Assembly: GCA_041891055.1 (NCBI GenBank)
Contig: CP169074.1
Span: 224,001-288,000 of the forward strand
Length of the DNA: 64,000 nt
Direction of reading: 5' to 3'
Origin: Halorutilales archaeon Cl-col2-1
GTDB taxonomy: Archaea > Halobacteriota > Halobacteria > Halobacteriales > Afararchaeaceae
The translations under genes were made by a program, and so were the position numbers. Every line of letters starts with the position of its first letter. Positions within the stretch are counted from its first letter, which is position 1. Below, one piece after another: positions 50,972-61,079 of this stretch. A model generated the notes under the pieces. The model worked only from the letters and a program-made list of their open reading frames with translations. It did no database searches and was not told the origin of the DNA.

Positions 50972-51517
50972 ATGAGCAGTGAAACCAAAGCCCGTCAGGG
51001 GATACTCCCTGGCTGGCTCAGAGCGAGAGTCCCGTTCCGTTACTTCATGGGTGTAACCCTCGTAGGAACCTATATACTCATGGTTCTGGGTTCGTACGTC
51101 AAGGCGATAGGCGCGGGGCTCTCGTGCCCCGACTGGCCCACGTGTTACGGGACGTGGATTCCGTTCCTCGACCCGACTATAATAAGTAACTCGCCCTACT
51201 CCGCCTTACAGATATTCGCAGAGTGGGCACACAGAGGGCTCGCCATGGTAATGGGGTTCATGATAATAGGTGCGGCTATCGGGGCGTGGAGGCTCGGATA
51301 CGGACGCACAGCCGTACGGGCTTCGGCAGTCGCGGTACTTCTACTGCCTTTCCAGATAATACTTGGGGGACTCACAGTCACCGAGGATCTCGAACCGTTA
51401 ATAGTCACGGCACATCTCGGTACAGCTACTATAATACTCCTCGGTCTGACTGTGGCTACGGTACTGGTGTGGAAAAATGAGACTCAAGCCAACAACACAG
51501 AAAGACGGACGGCTTAG
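50972..51517 (+). CDS. ctaA: Half-size COX15/CtaA heme A synthase
   Basis: GAGLSCPDWPTC, EWAHR, Q..LGG, HL. Confidence 0.85.
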   Translation: MSSETKARQGILPGWLRARVPFRYFMGVTLVGTYILMVLGSYVKAIGAGLSCPDWPTCYGTWIPFLDPTIISNSPYSALQIFAEWAHRGLAMVMGFMIIGAAIGAWRLGYGRTAVRASAVAVLLLPFQIILGGLTVTEDLEPLIVTAHLGTATIILLGLTVATVLVWKNETQANNTERRTA

Positions 51518-52922
51518 TACAGCACTCCCGGTGGGTGGGAACCGGAGTCTGACCGATCTTCTGGCTCTCACGACCGTGGCGACATATGTCGTGATAGTCC
51601 TCGGAGCCACGCTTGCTATTACAGATATCGCCTCGGTCTGTCAGACTTGGCCCACGTGTAACGGGAGATGGATAGTGCTTCCGTGGGAGGGGAACCTCTT
51701 TGTGGTCTGGGGCTACAGACTCACCGTCTTAGTCACGGGAACTCTCGTAGCCGCGTCGGCGGCGGCGTCTTGGCTCGTTGAGACACGTCTCCGTGTACGT
51801 GCGGCGCTCGTAATCGCACTTTTCGCTTACCCGGTTCAGTCGGCGATAGGTGGTGCTCTTGCGACTTCGAGCGTGCCCAACCTTCCCGCGGTACATCTCG
51901 GTGTCGCGATGTCGATCTTCACGGCTCTACTACTGAGCCTGACGTGGAGACTCGACGCTAACGTTGACCCCGATGAGATAGACAGCTCCGAGCTGTCGAA
52001 GAGCGACGACGAAGAGGGCTGGGGACATCCCTCAAGCCCCACCGAGAAGATAACGATGACAGCGAAGGCGTACTACAAGCTCACGAAGCCACGTCTGATG
52101 TGGCTTCTGTGCCTCGTCGCGCTCGCGGGTATCGGCTTAGCTGTAGGAGGTTCGGGCGAGTCGGTCAGCACCGTCACGGTCGCCGCAACGCTCTTAGGCG
52201 GAGTCCTGTCGATAGGCTCGAGTGGTACCTTCAACCACGTACTCGAACGAGAGGTCGACCAGAAGATGGACAGGACGTCGGGAAGACCATTGGTTGACGG
52301 CGTCGTCCCCGTACGTAACGCCGTTGCCTTCGGTCTCGTCTTAGGCGTAGCCTCTCTGGGAGTCTTCGTCGTCTATGTCAACATACTCGCTGCAGTCCTC
52401 GACTTCATAGCCATACTCTTCTACACATTCGTCTACACGGTGGTTCTCAAGCCAAACACGACACAGAACATAGTCATAGGCGGTGCAGTCGGAGCGCTTC
52501 CCGCACTCATCGGCTGGTCGGCAGTCACCAACTCCATAGGCGTCCCCGCAGTCGTACTCGGTGCGGTCATATTCCTATGGACGCCCGCTCACTTCTACAA
52601 CCTCGCGCTCGCTTACAAGAAGGACTACGAGAGAGGCGACTTCCCGATGCTTCCCGTCGTCAGGGGAGAGAGAGTCACACTCAGACATATACTCCTCTAC
52701 CTCGGCGCGACCTTACTCTCAGCTGGAGTCTTAGGAGCTGTGGCTCCCGTTGGACTCCTCTATGGAGCTACGACAGTCGTACTCGGCTCCGTCTTCGTCT
52801 GGACAGTACTCCGTCTCTACAGGGAGCAGACGAAGAAAGCCGCCTTCCGATCTTTCCACGCGTCTAACATATACCTCGGAACACTCCTAATATCTATAGT
52901 CGTCGAGACACTGGTGATATAA
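51477..52922 (+). CDS. ctaB: Heme O synthase with N-terminal CtaA-like domain
   Basis: LTKPR, D.KM.RT..RP, WTPAHFYNLAL, PMLPVV; N-terminal CQTWPTC. Confidence 0.9.
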   Translation: MRLKPTTQKDGRLSTALPVGGNRSLTDLLALTTVATYVVIVLGATLAITDIASVCQTWPTCNGRWIVLPWEGNLFVVWGYRLTVLVTGTLVAASAAASWLVETRLRVRAALVIALFAYPVQSAIGGALATSSVPNLPAVHLGVAMSIFTALLLSLTWRLDANVDPDEIDSSELSKSDDEEGWGHPSSPTEKITMTAKAYYKLTKPRLMWLLCLVALAGIGLAVGGSGESVSTVTVAATLLGGVLSIGSSGTFNHVLEREVDQKMDRTSGRPLVDGVVPVRNAVAFGLVLGVASLGVFVVYVNILAAVLDFIAILFYTFVYTVVLKPNTTQNIVIGGAVGALPALIGWSAVTNSIGVPAVVLGAVIFLWTPAHFYNLALAYKKDYERGDFPMLPVVRGERVTLRHILLYLGATLLSAGVLGAVAPVGLLYGATTVVLGSVFVWTVLRLYREQTKKAAFRSFHASNIYLGTLLISIVVETLVI

Positions 52923-52927
52923 TAAAT

Positions 52928-53602
52928 ATGAGCCCTCCAGACTCAAGGAGTGCCACGGGAACTCGGATAGACCTTTCGAGTATGAAGCCTCGGAGGTCGA
53001 CGCTGTCATGGGGTGCTCTGATAGTAGCAGTCGAGATACTCCTCCTTGTGGCATATTACAGCTTACCCGGAAACCGCCTCACGACGGTACGCCACAGCCT
53101 GTATCCTTTCATATGGATAAACGTCGGCGCGTGGGCAGTAATACGGACACAGCCACGTGCGACTGACTCGCGTTTGAGGTACTTCTCTGCGGGAGTCTCA
53201 GTCGTCTACTTCGTCCTCCTCATCTACTTCGGAGGTCTCATGGGCTTCAACGCAGTCGACGACGGATTCAGCATCAAGTGGCTCTCTCCCGGATGGGGTC
53301 CCGCTCTCTACTACTCGGGCGAGACCTTCTGGATAAACCTCATACCCTTCAAGACCTTCGGCTACGCCGCGCTGTCGTACCTCGTATACTCCACTGTACT
53401 CGACGCATCGAAGTCGGTCTTCTCGGGCGTGGTGGGTCTCTTTTCGTGTGTTAGCTGTACTTGGCCCATCTTCACCGCCGCAGTCACGTCGGCTCTTGGA
53501 AGCGGCTCGGCACTCACGACAACTATCTACTCGTGGTCGTACGGTCTGTCGACTCTCGTCTTTCTGACAGCCGTGGCTCTTCTCTACTGGAAACCCTACT
53601 AA
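52928..53602 (+). CDS. Conserved hypothetical membrane protein
   Basis: YPFIWIN, PGWGP, GLFSCVSCTWP. Confidence 0.8.
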   Translation: MSPPDSRSATGTRIDLSSMKPRRSTLSWGALIVAVEILLLVAYYSLPGNRLTTVRHSLYPFIWINVGAWAVIRTQPRATDSRLRYFSAGVSVVYFVLLIYFGGLMGFNAVDDGFSIKWLSPGWGPALYYSGETFWINLIPFKTFGYAALSYLVYSTVLDASKSVFSGVVGLFSCVSCTWPIFTAAVTSALGSGSALTTTIYSWSYGLSTLVFLTAVALLYWKPY

Positions 53603-53611
53603 ACAACAAGA

Positions 53612-54586
53612 ATGTCGAACTCTAAATCCAAAGCCATAGAAGTCAACGGTCTGTGTAAGTCGTACGGAGAGACGGTCGCCCTTGACGGAGTCTCGTTCTC
53701 GGTCACCGAAGGCGAGATATTCACGCTGATAGGTCCCAATGGCGCGGGAAAGACCACACTCGTGAGATGTCTCACCGGAAGCCTGAGACAGTCGGAGGGA
53801 GAAGCCACCGTACTTGGGGAGTCACCGACTGACGCCGACAAGACACGTATAGGTCTCTTACCCCAGGACTTCAACCCCTCCGACCTACTCACGCCGCGCG
53901 AGATAGTCGAGTACTACTCGGGTCTCTATCCCGAGTCCGAGACGTTAGACACCGACGAGATCCTCGGACAGGTCGGGGTTCTAGACGTAGCGGGTTCGAG
54001 GTACTCGAACCTCTCGGGTGGACAGAAGAGACGAACGTGTGTTGCCTCAGCTCTTGTGAACGACCCCGACCTTCTCTTCCTCGACGAGCCCACGACGGGA
54101 ATCGACCCCGACGGAAGGCGGTCGATGTGGGAGCTAATACGGAGACTCTCCGAAAGAGGTACGACAGTCTTCCTCACGACCCATTACATGGAAGAAGCCG
54201 AGTATCTCGCCGACACAGTTGCTCTGATCGACGACGGGGGGATAGTCGAGATAGACGACCCCGACTCACTCGTGCGTGACTACGGCGGAGAGAGTAGGCT
54301 CGAAGTCAGCCTAGGGACTCAGAGTCGAGACATCTCGGAACTAGAGTCAGACGGTTTTTCCGTCAAGGTCGATCCCAACTCGCAGACGATTCGGTTTGAC
54401 GACATAGACCCGACGAGGATAGGAGACGCCGTCGATATACTTGAGTCGTCGGGAATCGAGTACGACGAACTCGTCTGGAAACAGCCCGATTTGGAGGACG
54501 TCTACCTCAATCTCACGGGTTCGAGATTCGGAACTCAGAGGAGTGATGATGTTGACGTAGACTACGAGAGAGGTGTCGAAGCGTGA
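53612..54586 (+). CDS. ABC transporter ATP-binding protein
   Basis: GPNGAGKT, LSGGQ, LDEPT, THY. Confidence 0.95.
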   Translation: MSNSKSKAIEVNGLCKSYGETVALDGVSFSVTEGEIFTLIGPNGAGKTTLVRCLTGSLRQSEGEATVLGESPTDADKTRIGLLPQDFNPSDLLTPREIVEYYSGLYPESETLDTDEILGQVGVLDVAGSRYSNLSGGQKRRTCVASALVNDPDLLFLDEPTTGIDPDGRRSMWELIRRLSERGTTVFLTTHYMEEAEYLADTVALIDDGGIVEIDDPDSLVRDYGGESRLEVSLGTQSRDISELESDGFSVKVDPNSQTIRFDDIDPTRIGDAVDILESSGIEYDELVWKQPDLEDVYLNLTGSRFGTQRSDDVDVDYERGVEA

Positions 54587-55338
54587 TATCCGTACGCCGT
54601 GTCGCCTCGGAGGCTAAGGCATCGTGGAGAACCTTCGTCCGGAAACGTGCTGCTGTCTTCTTTACCTTCATCTTCCCTATAATGCTCGTCGGAGTACTCG
54701 CCGCAGTTGTGAGTACACAGGTCGCCTCGGGGGCAGGGGGTCTTTTCTCACAGCCCGTTGGGTACTACATACCCGGATATCTCGCGATAGTCGTCCTTTT
54801 CACACCGATGGAGAGGATGGCGAGCACCGTCGCGACCTACGACGAGGAGAGGCAGTTCGAGAAGCTGTCGAGCACACCTCTCTCGGCGTTCGAGTGGCTC
54901 TTAGCACATAGCCTTGTAGTCACGGCTCTGGTATCGGGAGCGAGTCTCCTCATACTTGTTGTGATTCTTGTCCTCACTCCGGCGGAGATAGCTGTCTCTC
55001 CCTCTCTCGCGGTCTTCGTACCCGCGGGGGTCTTCGTCTTCTCGGGTATCGGAGCTGTGATAGGACGGCTAGCCGACTCACAGGACGGTGCCATCGCCGC
55101 CGGAAACGCTCTCTCGTTCCCGATGATAGTCCTCTCCGAGACCTTCGTGACTCCCGACCTCGTTCCCGATTCCGTCGAGCCTCTGATAGGTCTCCTGCCG
55201 CTCACCTACTTCTCGCGCGGCGTGAGAGCCGCGACGTACGAGGGCTCGTCTTACTCCGTCAGTCTGGGTGTCCTTCTCGTCCTTGCTGCCGTCGCCTTCG
55301 GAGCGGGAGTCTACTTCCTCCCGTGGCGGGAGGACTGA
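54583..55338 (+). CDS. ABC-2 permease
   Basis: FFTFIFP, six TMs, PLTYFSRG; GTGA overlap with the ATPase. Confidence 0.9.
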   Translation: MISVRRVASEAKASWRTFVRKRAAVFFTFIFPIMLVGVLAAVVSTQVASGAGGLFSQPVGYYIPGYLAIVVLFTPMERMASTVATYDEERQFEKLSSTPLSAFEWLLAHSLVVTALVSGASLLILVVILVLTPAEIAVSPSLAVFVPAGVFVFSGIGAVIGRLADSQDGAIAAGNALSFPMIVLSETFVTPDLVPDSVEPLIGLLPLTYFSRGVRAATYEGSSYSVSLGVLLVLAAVAFGAGVYFLPWRED

Positions 55339-55446
55339 GACCAAAGGGAATTTTTATACTTCGGCTTCTGTTATCACAGCCTGTGATGGAAAGATCGGAT
55401 AGCGCAAAAAAGGCGGTATCTGTAACCGGGGGCGGGTGTTGAGCGG

Positions 55447-56811
55447 ATGAGCCAGCCCTCCCGTATCCGAACCCTCGTAGTCGACGACAGCTCTTTTTTC
55501 GCGAACATGCTCTCGGAGGAGCTTGAGGACAAGTACGGAATGGAGACATTCTGCGTGACGAGCGCGAGCGACGCCCTCGACATGATCGAAGAAAAGGACG
55601 TCGACTGTGTCGTGAGTGACTACGACATGCCGGGTATGGACGGGCTCGGACTCCTCCGACGTCTCCGTGAGAAGGGGATAGAGATACCGTTCCTACTTCT
55701 TACAGGACGAGGAGACGAGGAGGTCGCGAGTGAGGCGTTCAGCGGCGGCGCGACCGACTACCTCCTCAAACTCGAAATTATGGAGGACAACGAGTACAGA
55801 CGTCTCGCCAACACGATCGAGAACGCCGTCTCACAGCACCAGACACAGAAGAAGTACGAGCTTCTCGTCAACAACACCCCTGACTACATAGCACAGATAA
55901 GCTACGACGGTGAGCTTCTCGCCGTGAACCCTGCGATGGAGGAAGCCTTCGGTGAAACTGAATCAAGTCTCGTAGGTAAGTCGGTCTGTGATCTGATGCC
56001 CGACGAGGTTGGAGAGAGGAGGCTTGAGAGGGGACGTGAGGTCATAGACGAGAACGAGACGAAGACCGACGAGGACAGCTACGAGGGAAGGTACTTCCAC
56101 AACATATTCGTCCCCGTCGACCTCCACGGGGAGGAAGAGAGCTTTCAGATGATCTCGCGCGACATAACACGTAGGAAGGAGCGCGAGAAAGAGCTAGAGC
56201 TCCAGAACGAGAGGCTCGACGAGTTCGCAAGCGTAGTATCACACGACCTCAGGAACCCTCTCAACGTCGCACAGGGACGTCTAGAGATGGCACGCGAGAC
56301 AGGAGACGAGGACGAGTTCGACGAGGCTGAGGAGGCTCTAGAGAGGGTCGAGAGTATAGTCAACGACGTCCTCGACCTCGCACGTCAGGGTCAGACAGTC
56401 GGAGAGACCGACGAAGTGAGTCTCAAGGAGACCGTCAGGGATGCGTGGAGAAACGTACATACGAAGGACGCCTCTGTCGAGATAGACGACAGGCTCGGAA
56501 CCGTTTCAGCCGATGAGAGCCGTCTGCGTGAGGCTCTCGAAAACCTATTCAGGAACTCCGTTGAGCACGGAGGCGACGACGTCAGCATACACGTTGGAAG
56601 CCTAGAGGACGGATTCTACGTCGAGGACGACGGCGAGGGAATATCGGAGGACGAGAGTGAGAAAATCTTCGACCACGGCTACACGACCACCGACGAGGGT
56701 ACGGGATTCGGTCTGTCGATAGTCGAGAGCATAGTAGAGGCTCATGGATGGGAGATCGATCTCGAAAGCTCGAGTTTCGGCGGCGCGCGTTTCGAGATAC
56801 AAACGCGCTAA
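55447..56811 (+). CDS. Hybrid sensor kinase (REC-PAS-HisKA-HATPase)
   Basis: VVDD, SDYDMP, SHDLRNPL, ENLFRN, GTGFGL. Confidence 0.93.
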   Translation: MSQPSRIRTLVVDDSSFFANMLSEELEDKYGMETFCVTSASDALDMIEEKDVDCVVSDYDMPGMDGLGLLRRLREKGIEIPFLLLTGRGDEEVASEAFSGGATDYLLKLEIMEDNEYRRLANTIENAVSQHQTQKKYELLVNNTPDYIAQISYDGELLAVNPAMEEAFGETESSLVGKSVCDLMPDEVGERRLERGREVIDENETKTDEDSYEGRYFHNIFVPVDLHGEEESFQMISRDITRRKEREKELELQNERLDEFASVVSHDLRNPLNVAQGRLEMARETGDEDEFDEAEEALERVESIVNDVLDLARQGQTVGETDEVSLKETVRDAWRNVHTKDASVEIDDRLGTVSADESRLREALENLFRNSVEHGGDDVSIHVGSLEDGFYVEDDGEGISEDESEKIFDHGYTTTDEGTGFGLSIVESIVEAHGWEIDLESSSFGGARFEIQTR

Positions 56812-57047
56812 TCCCACACCACCACTCGTGTGTTGTGTGTTTTCTAACTCTTGCGAGTATACGTAGTTATATACTGGGAAAAGTGCTTAAATAATTCATA
56901 TTTACAATTCTTAGACAGATTTGCTACTAAAGTCCCAAACCAAACATCAAATTTGTAAATATTGCGGAGTTTCCACTTTTCTGACTATTTAAAATACCTC
57001 TATTAGAAGGCATTTCTTATTCTTCCTATCACTGTGTTGTAGTAGAC

Positions 57048-58232
57048 ATGGTAGAGACGATAACAGCAGAAGAGCTGAGAGACCTACAGGACAGCGACCA
57101 AGACTACGTCCTCGTCGACACGAGGAACCAGGAGGACTTCGAGAACTGGCACGTCGGCGGAGCCGTAAACGTCGAGTACTCGTACTCTGACAGTGAGCTT
57201 AGGGGAGACTGGGACTCTGTCAAGGAAGAGTACGGCATAGACGAGGACACTCAGATAATCACTATCTGTGCGAAGGGGAAGGCGTCGGAAGCTTTCGCCG
57301 AGTATCTTGAGGACAGAGGCTATGATGACGTGATGAGTGTTGACGGTGGCATGGAAGCGTGGGGAGCCGTCTACGACAAGACGAAGATAGCCACCGACAG
57401 GGACGAGCTGGAGATCATACAGGTACAGAGGAGGTCGAAGGGCTGCCTCGGATACATAGTCGGCTGTAAGGAGACGGGAGAGGCGGCGGCGATAGATGTC
57501 ACGCGTCACAAGAACGAGTATCTCGACGCCGCCTCCGAACACGGCTACAAGATATCGGCGATATTCGAGACCCACATACACGCCGATCATCTCATGAAGG
57601 GCGCGCGCGAGCTACGTGACGAACTCGACGTACCTTACTACCTCGGAAGCGAGGCGGAGACACGCAACCCACAGTTCGAGTACGACCCCGTCGAGCCCAA
57701 CGGAACTGTCGAGGTCGGCAACGTCAGTATAAAGGCGGTACACACCCCGGGTCACACCACGGGATCGACTTCGTGGCTCGTCGAGGACGTCGCACTCATG
57801 ACGGGAGACACACTCTTCGTCGAGTCGGTCGGACGTACCGAGCTCCAGTTTGAGGGTGCCGACGCCGAGGACGCCTCGGGCGTTCTTTACGACACCCTCC
57901 AGAAGATGATGTCACAGCCCGACACGGTCAAGGTACTTCCCGCCCATTTCTCGGTCACAGACGACGGAGAGTTCATAGACGTTACTCCGGGACAGCCGAT
58001 GACGGCGACCATCGGCTACATACGTCAGAACAACGAGATGATAAAGATGGACAAGGACGAGTACGTCGATGCTGCTTTCGAGAACATGCCGTCGAAGCCT
58101 CCCAACTACGAGAACGTCATCGCTACGAACGAGGGTAAGCGAGAGCTTGAGAGCGAGGAGGAGGCAGAGGAGCTAGAGCTCGGACCCAACCGGTGTGCGG
58201 CAACCGAAGAGAGCGTAGTCGCAGACGACTAA
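57048..58232 (+). CDS. Rhodanese + metallo-beta-lactamase (persulfide-dioxygenase-like) protein
   Basis: CAKG rhodanese loop; THIHADH, TPGHT, GDTLF, GPNRCA. Confidence 0.9.
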   Translation: MVETITAEELRDLQDSDQDYVLVDTRNQEDFENWHVGGAVNVEYSYSDSELRGDWDSVKEEYGIDEDTQIITICAKGKASEAFAEYLEDRGYDDVMSVDGGMEAWGAVYDKTKIATDRDELEIIQVQRRSKGCLGYIVGCKETGEAAAIDVTRHKNEYLDAASEHGYKISAIFETHIHADHLMKGARELRDELDVPYYLGSEAETRNPQFEYDPVEPNGTVEVGNVSIKAVHTPGHTTGSTSWLVEDVALMTGDTLFVESVGRTELQFEGADAEDASGVLYDTLQKMMSQPDTVKVLPAHFSVTDDGEFIDVTPGQPMTATIGYIRQNNEMIKMDKDEYVDAAFENMPSKPPNYENVIATNEGKRELESEEEAEELELGPNRCAATEESVVADD

Positions 58233-58236
58233 CTAA

Positions 58237-59130
58237 CTAATCCTCTGATCGCGGCTCTTTCTGGTTTATTTCGAGGGTTCCCGAGACCTTCTGAGGCGAG
58301 GGAGGCTGTATCTGTATCCCCACGTCCTCGAACCTCTCCTTGACACGCTGTGAGTACTCCGAGCGCACCTCAACCACGTTCGAACGCTCGGGGCTTTCGA
58401 GCCAGATACGTGACTCCAGAGCGACGTAAGAACCCGCGAACTCCTTCAGGTAGACTCCGGGCTCGGGGCTTTCGAGTATCTCGTCGTGTGCAAACGCCTC
58501 CTGTATGAGTATCTCCCTCGCTGTATCGATGTCGTCGTCGTAGTCTATCCCGAACTCGATTTCGAGACGCAGGTTCTGGTTCACCGAGACATTGGTGACC
58601 TGGTTAGCCACGAGCTGTGAGTTCGGAACCGTGACCTTCTCGTTGTTGAACTTACGTATGCGTGTCGCCCTGTAGCCTATGTCGGTTATCGTCCCTTCAA
58701 CCTCACCGAACTTTATCCAGTCGCCGTAGTTGAGTTCGGTGTCGGCGATTATCACGATGCCGCTTATGAAGTTGGAGGTGACCTCGCGTGCGGCGACACC
58801 TACTGCGACCGTCGTGGCGGCGAGAACCACAGCCGACGCTGCGAGTATCTGACCGAAGTCGGATGCGAGAGTCGACAGAACCAGAGCGACCACGAAGACT
58901 ATGAAGCTACCGAACCTTCTTACTGCGTACTTGAACCGCGTGTCTGCGTCTATGTAGTCGAGGAGCTTCAGAAAAGCCGGCTTTCCGACGTGGACTCCCA
59001 GTGTATAGAGAACTACGAGTGTGGAGATGAGAACCCCTATCTGTTGAGCCAGACCCGTGTACTCCGAGGCTATACTCACGGTGTCTACGGGGAGTATCTG
59101 GCTCGGTGTGGTGAACGCGGACTCTAACAC
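58237..59130 (-). CDS. mscS: MscS mechanosensitive channel
   Basis: NFISG, GDWI, G.I.DI..R.T, VPNS.L, GIDYDDD. Confidence 0.9.
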   Translation of the reverse strand: MLESAFTTPSQILPVDTVSIASEYTGLAQQIGVLISTLVVLYTLGVHVGKPAFLKLLDYIDADTRFKYAVRRFGSFIVFVVALVLSTLASDFGQILAASAVVLAATTVAVGVAAREVTSNFISGIVIIADTELNYGDWIKFGEVEGTITDIGYRATRIRKFNNEKVTVPNSQLVANQVTNVSVNQNLRLEIEFGIDYDDDIDTAREILIQEAFAHDEILESPEPGVYLKEFAGSYVALESRIWLESPERSNVVEVRSEYSQRVKERFEDVGIQIQPPSPQKVSGTLEINQKEPRSED

Positions 59131-59178
59131 ACCGTCCTCCTACCGTCTCAAGGACGAAGAATCCATCGGCTGTAACTC

Positions 59179-60906
59179 TTAAGGTATCTCGACATCGTCG
59201 TCACACGACGGGACTTCGAGGAGCCCGCCGTTCGCGGCACTCGTTGCCATCGCTGCGTAACGTTCTAAGACGCCCGACGCGTCCTTCTCGACGGGAGACC
59301 AGTCCTCGGCGCGTTCTTCGAGGGTCTCGTCGTCGACTTCGAGCGAGAGGACACCCTCGTCGACGTCTATCCTTATCTCGTCGCCCTCCTCGACGAGTCC
59401 TATCAGACCGCCCTCCGCTGCCTCGGGGCTGACGTGTCCTATCGCCGCGCCTCTCGTGCCTCCCGAGAAACGTCCGTCGGTGATCAGAGCGACCTCACCC
59501 GAGAGAGTCGGCGAGCCGGATATCTTCGAGGTGGGCTCGAGCATCTCAGGCATTCCGGGACCTCCCTTCGGACCCTCGTACCGTATGACTATGGCGTCGC
59601 CCTTCTCTATCTCTCCGCCGTCTATGGCGTCGAGTGCTTCCTGCTGTGAGTCGTAGACACGCGCTCGTCCGGTGAACTGTCTCATCGAGTCGTCCATCGC
59701 CGCTGCCTTGACGACAGCACCCTCGGGAGCGAGGTTGCCCTTCAGGACGGCTAAGCCGCCACCGTCGTGTACGGGATCGTCGGCGGACTGGATCACCTTT
59801 CCGACCCTCTCCGCCTCGTCTATCCTCTCTCCTACCGTCTTTCCGTCTACTGTCGGACGGTCAAGATGTAGCTGATCCTGAAGCTGGGTCATCACTCCGG
59901 GGACACCGCCGTCGTCCCTGAGATGCTCCATCCTCCACGTACCTGCGGGGCTCATGTGTGCGAGATGTGGTGTCTTCTGGGCTATCTCGTCGAAGTCTGC
60001 GAGACTTATGTCGACTCCCGCCTCCTGGGCTATAGCGGGGAGATGTAACATAGTGTTGGTACTTCCTCCTAACGCGAGGTCGACAGCGAGTGCGTTCTCG
60101 AACGACTCGTGTGTGAGGAACTCTGAGGGACGTATGTCCTCACGTACCAGACGGAGTATCTCCCTTCCGCTCTTCGTAGCTATGTCGTACTTACGTGTGT
60201 CGGTCGCTCCGTAGGTCGCACATCCCGTCCATGACAGTCCGAGAGTCTCGGTGACACACGCCATCGTGTTCGCCGTGAACATGCCCGCACACGAGCCCTC
60301 GCCGGGACAAGCGTTACACTCTAGTTCGTAGAGTTCGTCCTCCGACATCTCGCCCTCGTTGTACTTACTGACCCCCTCGAAGACGGAGACGAGGTCGGCG
60401 GGCTCTCCCTCGAACTCTCCCGCCTCCATCTGACCCCCGGTAACCATTATCGCGGGTATGTCGAGACGTGCTATCGCCATCAGCATTCCCGGGACAATCT
60501 TGTCACACGACGCAAGTGCCACGATTCCGTCGAACTTGTGAGCGTTAGCCATCAGCTCGACCGAGTCGGCAATTATCTCACGCGACGGAAGGCTCGCCCT
60601 CATGCCGTCGTGTCCCATTGCTATGCCGTCGTCGACGGCTATCGTGTTGAACTCCAAGGGCGTTCCTCCTGCCTCCTCGACACCTTTCTTGACCTCCTGT
60701 GCGAGCTTGTCGAGATGGACGTGTCCCGGGACTATCTCGTTCCACGAGTTGGCGATCCCTATCAGAGGCTTGTGTATGTCCTCGTCATCGAGACCCGCGG
60801 CTCGGAAGAGAGAACGGTGGGGGGCGCGGTCGGCTCCCTCAGTCACCTCCGCGCTACGTAGCTGTGAGTCCTTTTCCGTGTTAGATTCACTGTCAGAGGC
60901 TTCCAT
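59179..60906 (-). CDS. ilvD: Dihydroxy-acid dehydratase
   Basis: DDGIAMGH, CDKIVPG, CAGMFTANTM, GGSTN, GPKGGPGMPEM, TDGRFSG. Confidence 0.96.
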   Translation of the reverse strand: MEASDSESNTEKDSQLRSAEVTEGADRAPHRSLFRAAGLDDEDIHKPLIGIANSWNEIVPGHVHLDKLAQEVKKGVEEAGGTPLEFNTIAVDDGIAMGHDGMRASLPSREIIADSVELMANAHKFDGIVALASCDKIVPGMLMAIARLDIPAIMVTGGQMEAGEFEGEPADLVSVFEGVSKYNEGEMSEDELYELECNACPGEGSCAGMFTANTMACVTETLGLSWTGCATYGATDTRKYDIATKSGREILRLVREDIRPSEFLTHESFENALAVDLALGGSTNTMLHLPAIAQEAGVDISLADFDEIAQKTPHLAHMSPAGTWRMEHLRDDGGVPGVMTQLQDQLHLDRPTVDGKTVGERIDEAERVGKVIQSADDPVHDGGGLAVLKGNLAPEGAVVKAAAMDDSMRQFTGRARVYDSQQEALDAIDGGEIEKGDAIVIRYEGPKGGPGMPEMLEPTSKISGSPTLSGEVALITDGRFSGGTRGAAIGHVSPEAAEGGLIGLVEEGDEIRIDVDEGVLSLEVDDETLEERAEDWSPVEKDASGVLERYAAMATSAANGGLLEVPSCDDDVEIP

Positions 60907-61079
60907 ACGTGGATTTCGTCTGCTTTTCTTATAAGTCCGACCATGTCGGTCTGTAGTGTCTTCACAAACCCAGTCTCAAGTAGAAGGTTTTTACGCGGAA
61001 AGTATCAAGCCACGAACGCATGACACGTAGCAGATCAGACAGTCGTACAGTCGAGGTATACGTATTTAGCTGATCAGAC

